Assembly: GCA_951406725.2 (NCBI GenBank)
Contig: OX597826.1
Span: 71,238,001 to 71,302,000, forward strand
Reading direction: 5' to 3'
Length of the DNA stretch: 64,000 nucleotides
Origin: Octopus vulgaris
Lineage: Eukaryota
Shown here: in pieces, positions 25,244 through 39,470 of the stretch
Position numbering within the stretch: position 1 is the first letter of the stretch
How the letters are laid out: the number at the start of each line of letters is the position of its first letter
Translations under genes and position numbers: made by a program
The notes under the pieces: generated by a model
Databases searched by the model: none
What the model saw: the letters and a program-made list of their open reading frames with translations, nothing else
Told to the model about the DNA's origin: nothing

Positions 25244-25939
25244 CTACAAAACAAAACTGTAGACTTGGGGGGTAAAAATGACGCAATATAGGAAAGAGAT
25301 ATGAGAAGAAAAATAGGGCATAAGACAAAGTTTAAACCAAGGCCAACAGATAAGAAAAGTCAATACTGCCAGGTGTGATAAAGTGGCAAAGTGACAGAAT
25401 GCTTAGTGGCGTTTTGTCCATCTTTGTCTTCTGAGTTCAAATTCAACCAAGGTTAACTTTGCCTTTAGTTTTTTCAGGGTCAGTAAAATAAGTACCAGTC
25501 ATGTACTGAGGATCAATGTAATCAACTTACTCCTGCCCCCAAAATTGCTGTCCTTGTGTCAAAATTTGAAACCAATATTACCAAGCTTGAATAGTGAAAT
25601 ATTTCACAATATCAAAGAAAAAAATCAACAGGTACCTAGAGATAAGATGGACAGGGAACAATGAGTTGATCCCATGTGATACTATCAAGAGAAATCCAGT
25701 GAAATAGAAACAAAGACGAAAGCGTGAAATATTAGGAAGAACGTTGAGAAAGCAATCAAGAACAATGAAAAAATATGGTTGCAGATTTTCTTTAGAATTG
25801 ATCCTCTGGCATTTCTGTCAATATGAGGTCTTGCTTTTAGTCAATATTATCATATATGGTATTATAACAACCGCATGCACAAAAGTACATACATGCAAAT
25901 ACACCTTCTGACATTTATTTCAATAAATGTATATATAGA

Positions 25940-26339
25940 CATAGGAGTGGCTGTGTGGTAAGTAGCTTGTTTACCAACCACATGGTTCCCGGTTCAATCC
26001 CACTGCGTGGTACCTTGGGCAAGTGTCTTCTACTATAGCCTCGGGCTGACCAAAGCCTTGTGAGTGGATTTGGTAGACGGAAACTGAAAGAAGCCCGTCA
26101 TATATATGTGTATATATATATGTATGAGTGTGTATATGTTTGTGTGTCTGTGTTTGTCCCCCCAACATCGCTCGACAACCGATGCTGGTGTGTTTACATC
26201 CCCGTAACTTAGCGGTTCGGCTAAAGAGACTGACAGAATCAGTACTAGGCTTCCAAAGAATAAGTCCTGGGGTCGAGTTGCTCAACTAAAGGCGGTGCTC
26301 CAGCATGGCCACAGTCAAATGACTGAAACAAGTAAAAGA

Positions 26340-26340
<1 letters not shown>
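25940..26340 (+). mobile_element. SINE family A
   Basis: Full-length match. Confidence 0.9.
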
Positions 26341-26383
<43 letters not shown>

Positions 26384-27572
26384 TCATCATCATCGTTTAG
26401 CGTCCGCTTTCCATGCCAGCATGGGTTGGACGGGTCAACTGGGGTCTGTGAAGCAGGAAGGCTTCGTCAGGCCCAGTCAGATCTGGCAGTGTTTCTACGG
26501 CTGGATGCCCTTCCTAACGCCAACCACTCCGCGAGTGTAGTGGGTGTTTTTTACGTGCCACCTGCACAGGTGCCAGACAGAGCTGGCGAACGGCCATGAA
26601 CGGATGGTGCTTTTACGTGTCACCGGCACAGGGCCAGGCGATGCTGGCAACGGACACGAACGGATGGTGCTTTTACGTGCCACCGACACGGGGCCAGACA
26701 GAGCTGGCAAACGGCCATGAACGGACGGTGCTTTATATATATATATATGTTTGTGTGTCTGTGTTTGTCCCCCAACATCTGTTTTATTATTACCCACTAG
26801 GGGCGAACATAGAGGGGACAATACAACATCCCCGTAACTTAGTGGTTCGGCAAAAGAGACTGACAGAATAAGTACTAGGCTTACAAAGAATAAGTCCTGG
26901 GGTCGAGTTGCTCAACTAAAGGCGGTGCTCCAGCATGGCCGCAGTCAAATGACTGAAACAAGTAAAAGAGTAAATGATTAAAGAGTAAATAAAAGTGTAT
27001 TTTTGTTTTTCTCCATTTTTTTTTTTCTGTTTTTTTTTTTCTGTCTTGTAAGTTACCTGGCAACTTCACAAGAGCCAATGTCATGAGGAAAAACAAACAC
27101 CCAGTTACACACTGTAATATGGTTTGTGTTAGCAGACACTGCAGCTTAGTGCAACCTTGTGTCTTGCGGGATTCTGTGACGCAATCATGGAAAGCAGGTG
27201 TTAAGTGGAAGTGACAGCGATAATGCCAACTTGAAAGACAGGATTATTTCCTTGCCAAAATTCTGATTCTGACAGAACTTTCTGGAACATTGCAACATTC
27301 TTTTATGTTTTTAGTTTTTTTTTTTTTTTTATATATAAACAAGTTTCCCTTCAAACTTCTCACCAGAGTTTGCTTTAATGCAACCGAACGCAATGTCATC
27401 TTATCCTGACCATTAAAGTACAAATCACTCACAATTCATATTCTATGTCCATTACATATCTTCTGCAGGAGACAATATATGTACATTTTCCAAGCATACA
27501 ATCCTCATATATCTGTTTCTCTCTTTCATGCATATAAACACACAAAAATAGACAACAGAGCTAATGCTGAAG

Positions 27573-27573
<1 letters not shown>

Positions 27574-27644
<71 letters not shown>

Positions 27645-27707
27645 GGTGGTGGTGGTGGTGGTGGTGGTGGTGGTGATGGAGGCGGCGGCGGCGGCGACGA
27701 CGACGAC
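27574..27707. repeat. Compound trinucleotide microsatellite (AAT)(GAT)(GGT)(GGC)(GAC)
   Basis: Direct reading. Confidence 0.9.
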
Positions 27708-27815
27708 TTTCAATACAGTAACCATCAGAGCATCACAACAAATCATAGCACATACCCAAGGCACACAGATCTGCGCTCGGTAGTGAAGTGAAAGCACGCT
27801 ATAAAAATAGAACTA

Positions 27816-27819
<4 letters not shown>

Positions 27820-27870
<51 letters not shown>

Positions 27871-27873
27871 GTA

Positions 27874-27922
<49 letters not shown>

Positions 27923-28370
27923 AATTATTGTATACAGTGCTCAGGTGCACCACAACTTGTCAAAAGTGCATATAAAGCATATGCAGTAATGTACAAATGT
28001 CTGGGAAGTGAACAGTGTATGAGTCAGATACATGTTTGCGTGTGTATGGAGGGGATAAAATCAGGTGTAGTGTTGGTGAATCTCAGGAAGCATGGAAGTA
28101 TTCAAGGATGCAGTGCTCCGACAACTAACAACTGATGCTGGCAGTTTGTTCCATACTTCAGTAACTCTTAGCGTGAAAAAATGTTTCCGAAAGTCATGGG
28201 AGCTGTGCTTTTTTCTGACTTTGTAAACATGTCCACGGGTGTTAGACAGGTGGAGTTTGAAAAGGTGCTCAGAGTTATTGCTAGTAAGATGGTTAATAAT
28301 TTTATGGGTGTCTGCCAAGTCAGCTGCCAGACGTCGGAGTTCCAATGTATCCATGCCCAGGGAAGTAAGG
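27820..28370 (-). mobile_element. CR1-like LINE 3' end
   Basis: LELRRLAADL..TRGHVYK..RKHFFTLRVTEVWNKLP is a typical CR1 ORF2 C-terminus; (ATT)n tail. Confidence 0.85.
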
Positions 28371-28447
28371 TGTGTTTATATTGAAGTTATCTAGACTGAT
28401 CAATTCAATGATTTCTGTTAAGCAAGCAGTAAAAATAAACATATTAA

Positions 28448-28840
28448 TCTCTCTATATATAAAGCTGAAGTTGTCTGTGTGTGGCAGGTTTGGTAGCCTT
28501 CAACTAACACTATCTCCTCCGAGAACCTGCAGTGCAAGTTGACCAAAATTGAGAGTATGATAGAAGAAGGCTTGCTCTTCATTCTGTAGAAGATAAAATT
28601 CAAATCGGACCATGTTAACACCAAAAATTATTTACATCAAAAAGGTGCTTTTTTTTTCTATGAAAAGCCCTATTTTTTACGATTTTTTTACTGCTGTGTC
28701 GCCATTTTTTGGTGTATTTCAACCAGAAAATGTTCACTTAAAGAGAATAACAAGCTACATAATCCAAAATTTTTACTTTTCAAAAATTCCAATTCTAAAG
28801 GGTCGAAACAAACCCGAGCAACGCCGGGCGATACTGCTAG
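28448..28840 (+). mobile_element. Helitron-like element, full length
   Basis: A|TC...CCCGAGCAACGCCGGG...CTAG|T. Confidence 0.8.
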
Positions 28841-29261
28841 TTTTAGAATAAATCATTTTGGTTATCTCTTCCTGGTTCAGCTTTCAATAACTACACACAG
28901 AATATATTCTCTCTACATAGCATTTGTTGATTCTTATGAAATCATGTGGTATAGTGGTTAGAGTGTTGCAGTCACGTTCACAATAATGTGATTGTCCATT
29001 AAAAAAATAGAAAAAATAGGATGGTTGTTAAAAAGTTTTAAAATTAGAATGCACACGATTGTTATGAGCTACAAGTTGTTAACTTACTTTGAGGCTAAAT
29101 ATAAATAATAACTAGAGACAGGACTTATTTCAGTCAGGAACCTTCTGTATCAGAGTTTTTCAACCATTTTTTATCTATGGAACCCTTTGATTCCTACTTT
29201 ACTTGGAAGGACCCTCCTAGCCATTCAATGGTTTAAAAACTCCTATTGTATTTTCATATTG

Positions 29262-29640
29262 TGGAAGCACTCCGTCGGTTGCAACGACAAGGGTTCCGGT
29301 TGATCCGAATCAACGGAACAGCCTGCTCATGAAATTAACGTGTAAGTGGCTGAGCACTCCACAGACATGTGTACCCTTAACGTAGTTCTCGGGGATATTC
29401 AGCGTGACACAGAGAGTGACAAGGCCGGCCCTTTGAAATACAGGTACAACAGAAACAGGAAGTAAGAGTGAGAAAAAGTTGTGGTGAAAGAGTACAGCAA
29501 GGATCACCACCATCTCTGCCGGAGCCTCGTGGAGCTTTAGGTGTTTTCGCTCAATAAACACAACGCCCGGTCTGGGAATCAAAACCGCGATCCTATGACC
29601 GCGAGTCCGCTGCTCTAACCACTGGGCCATTGCGCCTCCA
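29262..29640 (-). mobile_element. SINE family B
   Basis: Match to 431-815; TATTTTCATATT duplicated on both flanks. Confidence 0.85.
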
Positions 29641-30562
29641 CTATTTTCATATTAGGAATTGTATAAAAAAAAAGTTGCTAGAATATTTTGTGTATTGTAG
29701 AAATAAAACCAATCTATTGCACAGAAATTTTAACAAGTAAATCTTACATGGACCCCATTTGAGAACCATTGGTCTACAGGGTCTCCCAATCTGCTAAAAA
29801 TAAAGATAACACTTCCATTTTGAGACTTATCTTTAGCATAGATGGACCCCCTGCACACACACACACACACATACAATAATTGGCTAGGACAAAGAAGGTT
29901 CCAACTGATCCGACCAACAGAAGAGCTTGCTCATGAATTTAAATGTGCAAGTGGCCGAGTACTCCACAGACACACATACCCTTAATATAGTTCTCAGGGA
30001 GATTCAGCATGACACAGAGTGTGACAAGGCTGGCCCTTTGAAATACAGGTACTACTCACTTTTGCCAGCTGAGTGGACTGGACCACCGTGAAATAAAGTG
30101 TCTTGCTCAAGGACACAAAGCGGCACCAGGAATTGAACTCACGACCTTGTGATAGTGAGTCGAATACTCTAACCATGAAGCCACACTTATATAGTTCAAG
30201 TAATATTCTATCAAATGATATAATGACATGCAATTAATTTTCAGAGTGATTTAGCATCTAAAACTCCAACTTCTAAAGCCAAAAGATAATGATGATACAG
30301 TTGCCTGGCAACAAATGACTATAAAGTGGTTTGTCATTGAGCAGAAACACATACTGTAGAACACAATCATGAATAAGGCAAATAATTGATATAATTTTAG
30401 GTCAAGGCATTTATATATTTAAACATAATTGCTAGGTTGTTAGTGTGAGAGTGCGTGTGTGAATGTGTGTGTGTGAGAGAGAGAGAGAGCGTGCATGTGT
30501 GTGCATGCATGTGTATGTAATTTATATTAGTTAAATAAGATTTGGGTAAAAAAAACCTTGTG

Positions 30563-30815
30563 TGGAGGTGCGTGGCTTAGTGGTTAGGGTGTCAGCATCA
30601 TGATCGTAAGATTGTGGTTTCGATTCCTGGACCGCGCGACGCGTTGTGCTCTTGAGTAAAACACTATATTCCATGTTGCTCCAGTCCACTCAGCTGACAA
30701 AAATGAGTAATGTTGTGATGGACTGGCGTCCCATCCAGCTGGGGAACACATACGCCATAGAAACCGGGAAACTGGGCCCATGAGCCTGGCTAGGCTTTAA
30801 AAGGGCGCATTTATT
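30563..30815 (+). mobile_element. tRNA-derived SINE
   Basis: TGGCTTAGTGGTTAGG...GGTTTCGATTCC head, ATTT tail. Confidence 0.75.
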
Positions 30816-31115
30816 TTTATTTAAAAAACCTTGTCATATGCTATGCAAAGCTCACCCACAGTTATTGGCTAGCAGATGTCATTATACAGTGGAAATGCTT
30901 ATGATAAAGGATATATTCATCAGGAATTCCATAGTATCCATAGATCTTAAATAAATAGATAAATAACAGAGAATGGACTGAGTGGCATTATTTAAAATCA
31001 TTTCAATTGTGTGTCCCATCCATGCTAGTATGGAAGACAGAAGTTAAACGATGATAACATTGGTACATTGGTGAGATGATATAATTAACATATTGTGTAA
31101 TCACTATCATCCATT

Positions 31116-31592
31116 AATCCTTTCGTTACCATATTTATTTTGAGATGCTCTGTGTTTCTTTCAATTACTTTAAATATAACAGAGAATTTTGTAAAATAAC
31201 TTAGTTATCATTCAGCTAGTGTTAGAAACATAAATTGTGACAAAGGTTTGATGGAAGATTTTAATTCAAAACTTTTGAAAACAAGACATTTGAATTATAT
31301 AGCCAGAAGCGGTTTCAGCCAGGTTGGTAACGAAAGGGTTAAGAATGGTTTCTCTATTATATATTTTAACCCTTTTGTTACCATATTTCTGTTGAGATGC
31401 TGTGTTTCTTTCAATTACTTTAAATATAACAAAGTATTTAGTAAAATAACTTAGTTATCATTCAGCTAGTGTTAGGAACATAAATTGTGACTAAGGTTTG
31501 GTGGAAGATTTTAATTCAGAACTTTTAAAAACAAGACATTTATACTACAGAGCCAGAGCTGGTTTCAGCCAGGTTGGTAACGAAAGAGTTAA
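31116..31592. mobile_element. Two adjacent TTAA MITE copies
   Basis: Both match 3109-3337. Confidence 0.75.
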
Positions 31593-33151
31593 AGGTGCAA
31601 GATGTGCTTCTTCAGGTGATTGTTTTAAATAAGTCCTTCGTTAGATCATACTGTCATTTCACCCAGTGAGAGAATGAACACCCAAAGCAGTGACTATTTT
31701 CAGCAATTTGCAGACAAAATTCAATCCATAGATACAGCAACAGACAAAACACAATTATATTAAAAATACAAAACACAGAAACTGAAAAAAATAAAGAAAG
31801 GAAAAGCAAAAAATTGTCCATGCTGGCTATAAATTCTGATTCTGTCTTTGTGGTCAGATTATGAGGGAGAGAAGGTAAAACAGAATGAAGAATAAAATGT
31901 TTTATTTTGTTCTTTGTTTTATTTTGACTTTCCTAGAATTGAGAAATTTCACAATAATCTTAGCAAAGACTAAAGTTACTGTAAGAAGAAAGAATTCAGT
32001 TGGCATCGGAGAAATCTTTGTGCTCTATATTACAGAAATGGAGCGGGTAGGAATTCCATATGGTGGGCATAATGTGATCTATGGATGTACAAAAGGACAA
32101 GAAGCATAATGGGATCACAGACAGACTGAAAGTGAATAAAGACTCGGCTGTAGTTAGCAATCAGAATTTCATCTCATTTCACCTGTATTTTACCTGATTT
32201 ATGGTATTTCAATTTCATTTTGCTTGCGAAGACCTGTTGGGGCAAGTGAAATCGAAATCGGAATCGAAATTGAACCAATCCTATGACTGGCACCCGGCAG
32301 ATGCCAGGACCCCTGGACTGGAGGTACGTAAAAAGCACTATCCGAACCGTGGCCGATGCCAGCACCGCCTCAACTGGCTTCCGTGTCGGTGGCACGTAAA
32401 AAGCACCATCCGAATCGTGGCCGAAGCCAGCGCCGCCTCGACTGGCTTCCGTACCGGTGGCATGTAAAATGCACCAATCCAACCGTGGCCGATGCCAGCC
32501 TCGCCTGGCACCAGTGCAGGTGGCACATAAAAAGCACCCACTACACTCACGAAGTGGTTGGCGTTAGGAAGGGCATCCAGCTGTAGAAACACTGCCAGAT
32601 CAGACTGGAGCCTGGTGCAGCCTCCTGGCTTTCCAGATCCCCGGTCGAACCGTCCAGCCCATGCTAGCATGGAGAACGGACGTTAAACGATGATGATGAT
32701 GATGATGATGATTTTCATTTAAACTCACCTTTGATGCATTTCTCCTTATCTATGACCTCGTTTGTATTATCTTGTCACATGTTGTATGGTTAAGAGGCTT
32801 ATTTCCCAACCACATGGTCCCAGCTTCAATTCTACTGCAGGGCACCTTGGGTAAGAGTTTTCTACTTTAGCCACTTTAAAGCCTTGTGATTAGATTTGGT
32901 TTTTGGTAAATAAAAACTGAAAGAAATGTATGTATATATATATATATATAGGGAGGATTCACAAAAAAAAACAAAAGACAGGTGGTGTAGAAAACAAACA
33001 GATGTATTAGTATAACACTCAGGAATTCAAAAAGTTTTTAATGTTTCGAGCCTATGCTCTTCTACAGAAAGGAACACAGAAAGAAACAAGGAGAGAAAAC
33101 AAATGTGTGTAGTGGTTAGCGATCTATCATGGCGAATGATATATATATATA

Positions 33152-33373
33152 TATGAATGAGTGCTGGAAAGTTCCTGGCTTTTAAGGGTATTGTGAAAGG
33201 TCTGCCTGGAGGCCCAACCTTCCAAGTTCTTTTACAGGGCTTAGAAAAACTGAAGGACCACTGCAATAAGTGTTTGAATCTGAGAAGGGAAATATGTGGA
33301 ATAAAATAATAACAACCAATCCTCCTGTATTTTGTTTTACTCAAAACTAGGAATTTTTCAGCACCCTCTTCAT
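33152..33373 (+). mobile_element. Mariner-derived MITE-like remnant
   Basis: Imperfect TIRs (GTGCTGGAAAGTTCCTGG / CTAGGAATTTTTCAGCAC) in TA context; interior resembles a transposase C-terminus (GLEKLKDHCNKCLNL). Confidence 0.55.
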
Positions 33374-33419
33374 ATATATATATACTGGATGGCCACCTCT
33401 GACACTTCTACATATGTCA

Positions 33420-35860
33420 GACCAGTGGCCCCTACTGACATTCCATATGCCATACTAGTATTCCTGCTAAACATCAGGGGCCTTGTAATGTCCCACCAAT
33501 ACAAAACCCAATACCAGAGAGATTCAGTGACATATAGGCAGGCTAAATGCATGGCGTTGACGAGGCCAAGGTACACATGCAAAAATATGTTGTATTGTGA
33601 ACTGGCAGAAGGGAAAGGACTCATGGTGGAGTTGCCGTGTATATCTGGGAATATGTCATGCCTATCGTCCTGCTGTTACACTCAAACTCAGTCTGTGACA
33701 CTTTGGTGTGCACATTAAATAGATGAAATGATAATATGCATTACATATCACCCACCAGATGCTCCAAGTCATGGAGACTCATTCAAAGAGAGTGTCAAAA
33801 CGAAGAAAGAAGCATTAAACAATGTTGATGACAGCCTTCAAACACTTCTTTTAGGAGACTTCGACCTCCCCAATGTCAAATGGCCTGAGAGCTGCCTTCT
33901 CTCAGGTATGTCACTGCATGAACAGAGGCAAGCAGAGTCTCTGCTTGACCTCACAAGCATGCTCTTTGTGGGAACAAATAGTGCACCACTCAACAATGGG
34001 AAAAAATGTCCTGAACTTCTGATTCGCAAATAATGCAGTGCTCATCCACAATGACAACTCTCTCAGACCATAACTTAATAAAACTAACAATGTATGGTCT
34101 GCAAAATACTGCAGACATGCAGGCTACTAGAAGCGCTCACTTCCTCTCCAGTCTGAACTTTCACAACGCTGATTGAAAGGGTGTTGAGAAAGAGGTCTGC
34201 CAGTCTCTCTGTGCAAGATATTTACATAAAGACAAAACCTAAAACCTCCTATAGGTTTACTAAAGAGTCTGCTTCAGTATGGTACCAGACACTAGTTGAA
34301 AAAATGGGCCACTGACTGCAGACCCCCAGAGGATCATTAAAATACTGAATATGCAATACAAGAATACTTTCATAACTGTTATATTGTGCATGTATTGTGG
34401 TGAGTTCTTCGGCACCACAGCTCTACACAAAAAGATGGCAATTATTGATAACTTCTAAATAGAGGAAACAGGCATATCAGTCATTGATGAAACGAGCTCA
34501 AACTCAGCAACAAGCTCTGATAAATTACCAGCAGTCCTCCTAAAGAAATGCAAAGGGGTTCTAGCAAGACTACAACAGATTCTCTTTCAGAGTTTTCTCG
34601 CAACTGGGAAACTTCCCAAAAAGTTAAAGGAAGACATGGTATGTCCTGTCCATACGAAAGGTAGCTGAACAAATGTTAAATTATAGACCTGTCTTTCTCA
34701 CCATCCATATCACCAAAGTCACGGGATGCTTTGTTAAGAGGAACCTGATCGAGTTCCTCAAAGATAATGCTAGGTGCCCCCTGACACCTAGCATGGCTTT
34801 TGCTCAGGAAGAAGCTGCCTTACACAGCTCTTGCAGCATTATGACAAGGGGTCAAAACAATTAATGAATGACTCAAATATGGATGTGGTACATCTTGACA
34901 TTGCAAAGGGCTTTGATATGGTAGATCAAGGGATGATATGTCACAAGTTATGGAGGCTCAGCATAGTAGGAAAACTGGAAGAGTGGTTACATGACTTCTT
35001 AAAAGACAGAAACCAGTGGTAGCAGCTAATGAAGTCCTCTCAAGAAGATATCAATAGAGAGTGGAGTGCCTCAGGAAACTGTCTTGAGACCACTGCTGTT
35101 TATGATGGCTCTCTTAAACATGCTATGAGTTAGGCAGACAACCACATTTTCTAGCTATGTCAATGACACAAGCAGTCAAAGAATCTTCCAATGCTAATCT
35201 TCTAAAGAAAGACTTAGATGGGCTGAAGAAAACAACATGCAATTTAATGCAAGTAAATTCCTTGCCCTCCACTATCACCAAGCTAGAGTTCACATGCCAC
35301 AGCAACAATACTTTTGATCAGAAGAGCAGCAATCTCAGAGTCATGTACTGTGTGTGATCTGAGGGTCGATATGAGCAACAATGCTTCATTTCACATACTT
35401 ATCACCAAGACAGTGGCAATGGGCAAGCGAATGGCTGGCTGGATTCTGAGAACCTTCAGAACAAGGGACCAGGAAATTATGCTGGTTCTATGGAGAACGT
35501 TTGTACTCAGCTATTTTGACTATTGCTCATAACTGTGGTTACCACACAGGGTCAAACTAATAGTAGAACTTGAGGCAGTTCAGCAGTGCTACACCATGAA
35601 GATTGCATCAATGGAACAGATAATCTACTGGGAGGAACTGAAAGAGCTATGGCTCTACGTCCTGAAGCAACAATATAAGTATGGAAGATTCTGGAGGGGT
35701 TGGCACCAAACTTTGATATCAAGAGCTGTACTAACCCCTGAACTGGACGTCACTACACTGCTCCAGATGTCCCATCTATCCCATCTAGAGTGAGGAACAT
35801 GTGCTGCAGTGGCTTGGGATTCAAGGGCCCACAGCGATTTAGTGTCTTGCCAGTTGCATT
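33420..35860 (+). mobile_element. Decayed CR1/L2-group LINE ORF2
   Basis: CITYHPPD and LLGDFDLPNVKW (APE); NYRPVFLT, DIAKGFDMVD and SGVPQ (RT); many stops and frameshifts. Confidence 0.85.
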
Positions 35861-36195
35861 AGGGCAATCACTGAAAAGGTGATGACACTAGCCATCCTCC
35901 AGCATGCCCATATATGAAATAAAGGATATATATGTATATAAAAATATATACAAGATAAGAAAATGGAGAAATACATCTAAATCAAATATCAATTACACGA
36001 TAATACTCAATCACATACTTTATTAAACCACCACATAAGAGACTGTAGGGTTACATATAAAAAGCAGAACAAATCAGTGTACATACAGTAGTGTACATAA
36101 AAAAGCATACATAAAAGAGTAATGATGTATAATAAGTAGAATATATATAAAAGAGAATATAAATATAAGTAAATATAAATATAAGTATAAATTAC

Positions 36196-36322
36196 ATCTT
36201 ACAGCTGTTTCGGCCATGTAGATAAGTATGTCTCATTTTACCAATATTAGCCTTTTATGGTAGGTCAATATATAGATATAAATGAGACATTTACAAAAAT
36301 ATCATAAGGCCTCTTCGGAGAT
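36196..36322 (-). ncRNA. Type I hammerhead, C4 variant, long stem II
   Basis: atct CCGAAGA ggcc...ggcc GAAA cagctg TA^ agat. Confidence 0.62.
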
Positions 36323-36768
36323 TATATATTTATTTATATATGTGTGTGCGCGTGTGTGTGTGTGTGTGTTTGTGTGTCCATGTTTGTCACCCCACCATCG
36401 CTTGACAACAGATGCTGGTGTGTTTACGTCCCCATAACTTAGTGGTTCAGCAAAAGAGACCGTTAAAATAAGTCCCAGGATTGATTTGCTCAACTAAAGG
36501 CAGTGCTCCAACATGGCTGCAGTCAAATGACTGAAACAAGTAAAAGAATAAAAGAATATATATATATATATAACTATGTCCCTTTCTTATGCTGATGGCA
36601 CATAAAAGCACCCATTACACTCTCAGAGTTTGGAAGGGCATCCAGTCTTAGAAACCATGCCATGACAAACTGGAGTCTAGTGCAGCTTGCCAGCCCTGGT
36701 AAAAACATCCAACCCCTGCCAGCATGGACAGCAGACGTTAAATGATGATGATATGTGTGTGTGTGTGT

Positions 36769-36816
<48 letters not shown>

Positions 36817-36817
<1 letters not shown>

Positions 36818-38092
36818 GAGGGGCGTTCAATAAGTAATGCCCCTGACCCACTTCCCATCGCAGTAGAGCAACAAAACTTGGTACAGTTATTAGTCTTTTT
36901 CTACATAGGACCCACCAAGAGGTACGCATTTCTCCCATCATTTGATGCAGCTCTGGAGACCGTTTTTGTAGAAGACCCCAGCTTGGTCCTCCAACCACGA
37001 CGTGACTTCAGAAATCAAGGCTGCATCATCTGGGAAATGCTTTCCTTTCAAAAACAACTTCATGGCTGGAAAGAGGAGAAAATCAGAGGGTGCAAGGTCA
37101 GGAGAGTAGGGGAGAGGGGGGAGGGGTTCATAGCCACACGCCTGTGCTTCTGATCTGGCGACACGCGAGTTGTAGACCGGAGCGTTGTCGATGCCTTTGC
37201 TGATCTTGCCCCGCCTCATGATTTTGATAGCTTCTCTTAATTTCCTAAAAAGTGAAGCATAATAGGCTCCTGTAATTGTGGTACCCTTTGCCAGGAAATC
37301 TGTCATCACTACTCCGTCCTGGTCCCAGAAGACTGTGAGCATGACCTTGCCAGTGGAGGGCTGCACCTTTGCCTTCTTTAGAGGAGGTGAGTCATGGTGC
37401 TTCTACTGCATTGACTGGGCTTTGGTCTCTGGATCATAGTGATGGACCCAGGTTTCATCCTGTGTAATCAGTCTTTTGAAAAATTTTGACTCATCTTCTT
37501 GGCACATCTCCAAATTCATCCTTGAGCACTCGACGCGTTTTTGCTTCTGGAAAGGTGTGAGCAACCTGGGAATCCAACTAGCAGACACTTTTTGCATATG
37601 CAAATGGTCATGAATGATAGTTTCCACAGACCCGGTACTAATCTTGATCTCATGGGCTATTTGGCGAATAGTTATGCATCGATCTTCCAAAATGGCAGCC
37701 TCAACTTGACAGACAGATGCCTCATCAATAGCAGAAGGGGGCGACCAGATCTGGGAGCTGTTTCCACAGAGCTCCGACCATGTTTGAATTCACGATGCCA
37801 GCGTTTTACAAGGTCATATGATGAGGCATCATCACCATAAGTTACTTTCATTTCATCAAAAGTCTCCCATGGTGTGCATCCTTTCAAATACAAAAACCGG
37901 ATCACTGCTCGACACTCAACAGGCTCCATTTCACACTTGACTCTGTTCAAACACCTGTAAATCAGAAACTGCAATTAGTTCAGAGCTGTAATTTGCCACT
38001 TAATCTATAGAGATATAAATAATTGCACATGCAAAATTTCAGCTAGATCAAATAACTGCAAGTGAGTCAGAGGCATTACTTATTGAACGTCC

Positions 38093-38096
<4 letters not shown>
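36817..38096 (-). mobile_element. Full-length mariner transposon (~1.28 kb), inactive
   Basis: TIRs CGAGGGGCGTTCAATAAGTAATGCC / GGCATTACTTATTGAACGTCCCTC, embedded in (TA)n. Confidence 0.92.
36938..37929 (-). pseudogene. Mariner DDD transposase, frameshifted with stops
   Basis: WIPRLL, DETWVHHY, DNAP, PYSPDLAPSDF motifs spread over three ORF pieces. Confidence 0.9.
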
Positions 38097-38150
<54 letters not shown>

Positions 38151-38241
38151 TAATCCAAACGGGAAAACAGAAAAAACAACAACACGTGGAACAATTACAG
38201 TATTATTATTATTAGGCGCTCAGGAAAATGGAAGAAGGAGG

Positions 38242-38277
38242 GTATGACGTTTCGAGCGGAGCTCTTCATCGGAAACA
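38242..38277 (-). ncRNA. Minimal type I hammerhead, C4 variant
   Basis: tgttt CCGATGA a-gagc-tcc-gctc GAAA cg TC^ atac; stem I has a mismatch. Confidence 0.55.
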
Positions 38278-38449
38278 TAAGAGAAAGAAAGAAAGATCCC
38301 GAGACGGGAGGACTGAGGAAAATAAATTGCAGGTCGTCTTCACGAGGTCACATACTGAAAAGACAGAAGTAGTAAAAAAGGAGGAAAATGTTTTTTTAAA
38401 AACAGGAGAGCTGAATCAATGAGGGAATGGTAAAAAAGGTGTTGCGAGA

Positions 38450-39193
38450 TGACGGTGTGTGTGTGTGAGTGTGCGTGTGTGTGTATATGTGTGTATGGTG
38501 GACAATGGCTAGTAGCAAGCAGTAGTAGAATTAAAGGAGTGGTGTGGGGGTACCCTAGCAAGTCAGAAAGGCAGGTCAGAAGCAGGGAGGTATGTGTGTG
38601 TGCGTGTGTATGTATGTGTGAGTGTGTGCGTGTGTGTATGTGTGTGTATGGTGGACAATGGCTAGTATCAGGCAGTAGTAGAATTAAAGGAGTGGTGTGG
38701 GGGGTACCCTAGCAAGTCCCTAGAAAGGCAGATCAGAAACAGGGAGGTATGTGTGTGTGCGTGTGTATGTATGTGTGAGTGTGTGCGTGTGTATGTGAGT
38801 GTGTGCGTCTGCATGTGTGTATGTGTGTGTGAGGCTGTATATGTTAGTGCGAGCAGGGCGGGAAAGGGTGGGGGCGTATGTAACGTGCCAGTGTGTGTGT
38901 TGAGTGGTAGTGTGTGTATATGTCCAGCGTGCGTAGTTGTGTGTGTGGCAAGTAAATTTGAAGTGTGTGTAAGTGTAATGTGTATATATATGCAAATGTG
39001 TGTGTGTGAGTGTGTGTGTGTATGTGTGTGCGTGTGTGTACAAAAGGGGGGGGTTAAGGGGAAAAGAACTGCAGCGAAGGGGGGGGGGGAGGAGGGGGAA
39101 GATGTGTGGATGTGTGAGTGTGTCTGTGTGTAAGTCTGAGTGTCAGTGTGTCCGATGAATGTATGTAAGTATGTGTGTGTGTATAGATGTATG

Positions 39194-39231
<38 letters not shown>

Positions 39232-39287
39232 AGTGTGTATGTATGTACGTGTGTGTGGAAGTGTGTGTATGTGCATGTGTGTGCGCG

Positions 39288-39356
<69 letters not shown>

Positions 39357-39372
39357 TGATCGATAGATAGAC

Positions 39373-39443
<71 letters not shown>

Positions 39444-39470
39444 TAGATAGATAGATAGACATAGATGTAT
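38450..39470. repeat. (TG)-rich low-complexity DNA, a ~150-bp tandem duplication and (GATA)/(GACA) arrays
   Basis: Direct reading. Confidence 0.85.

Noticed and set aside
27564-27791. Poly-N/D/G ORF
   Set aside because: Compound microsatellite with no splice or homology support.
33030-33075. Hammerhead-like gagc-atag-gctc GAAA on the minus strand
   Set aside because: The core reads CTGTAGA and stem I is poor; probably a decayed copy, so not counted.
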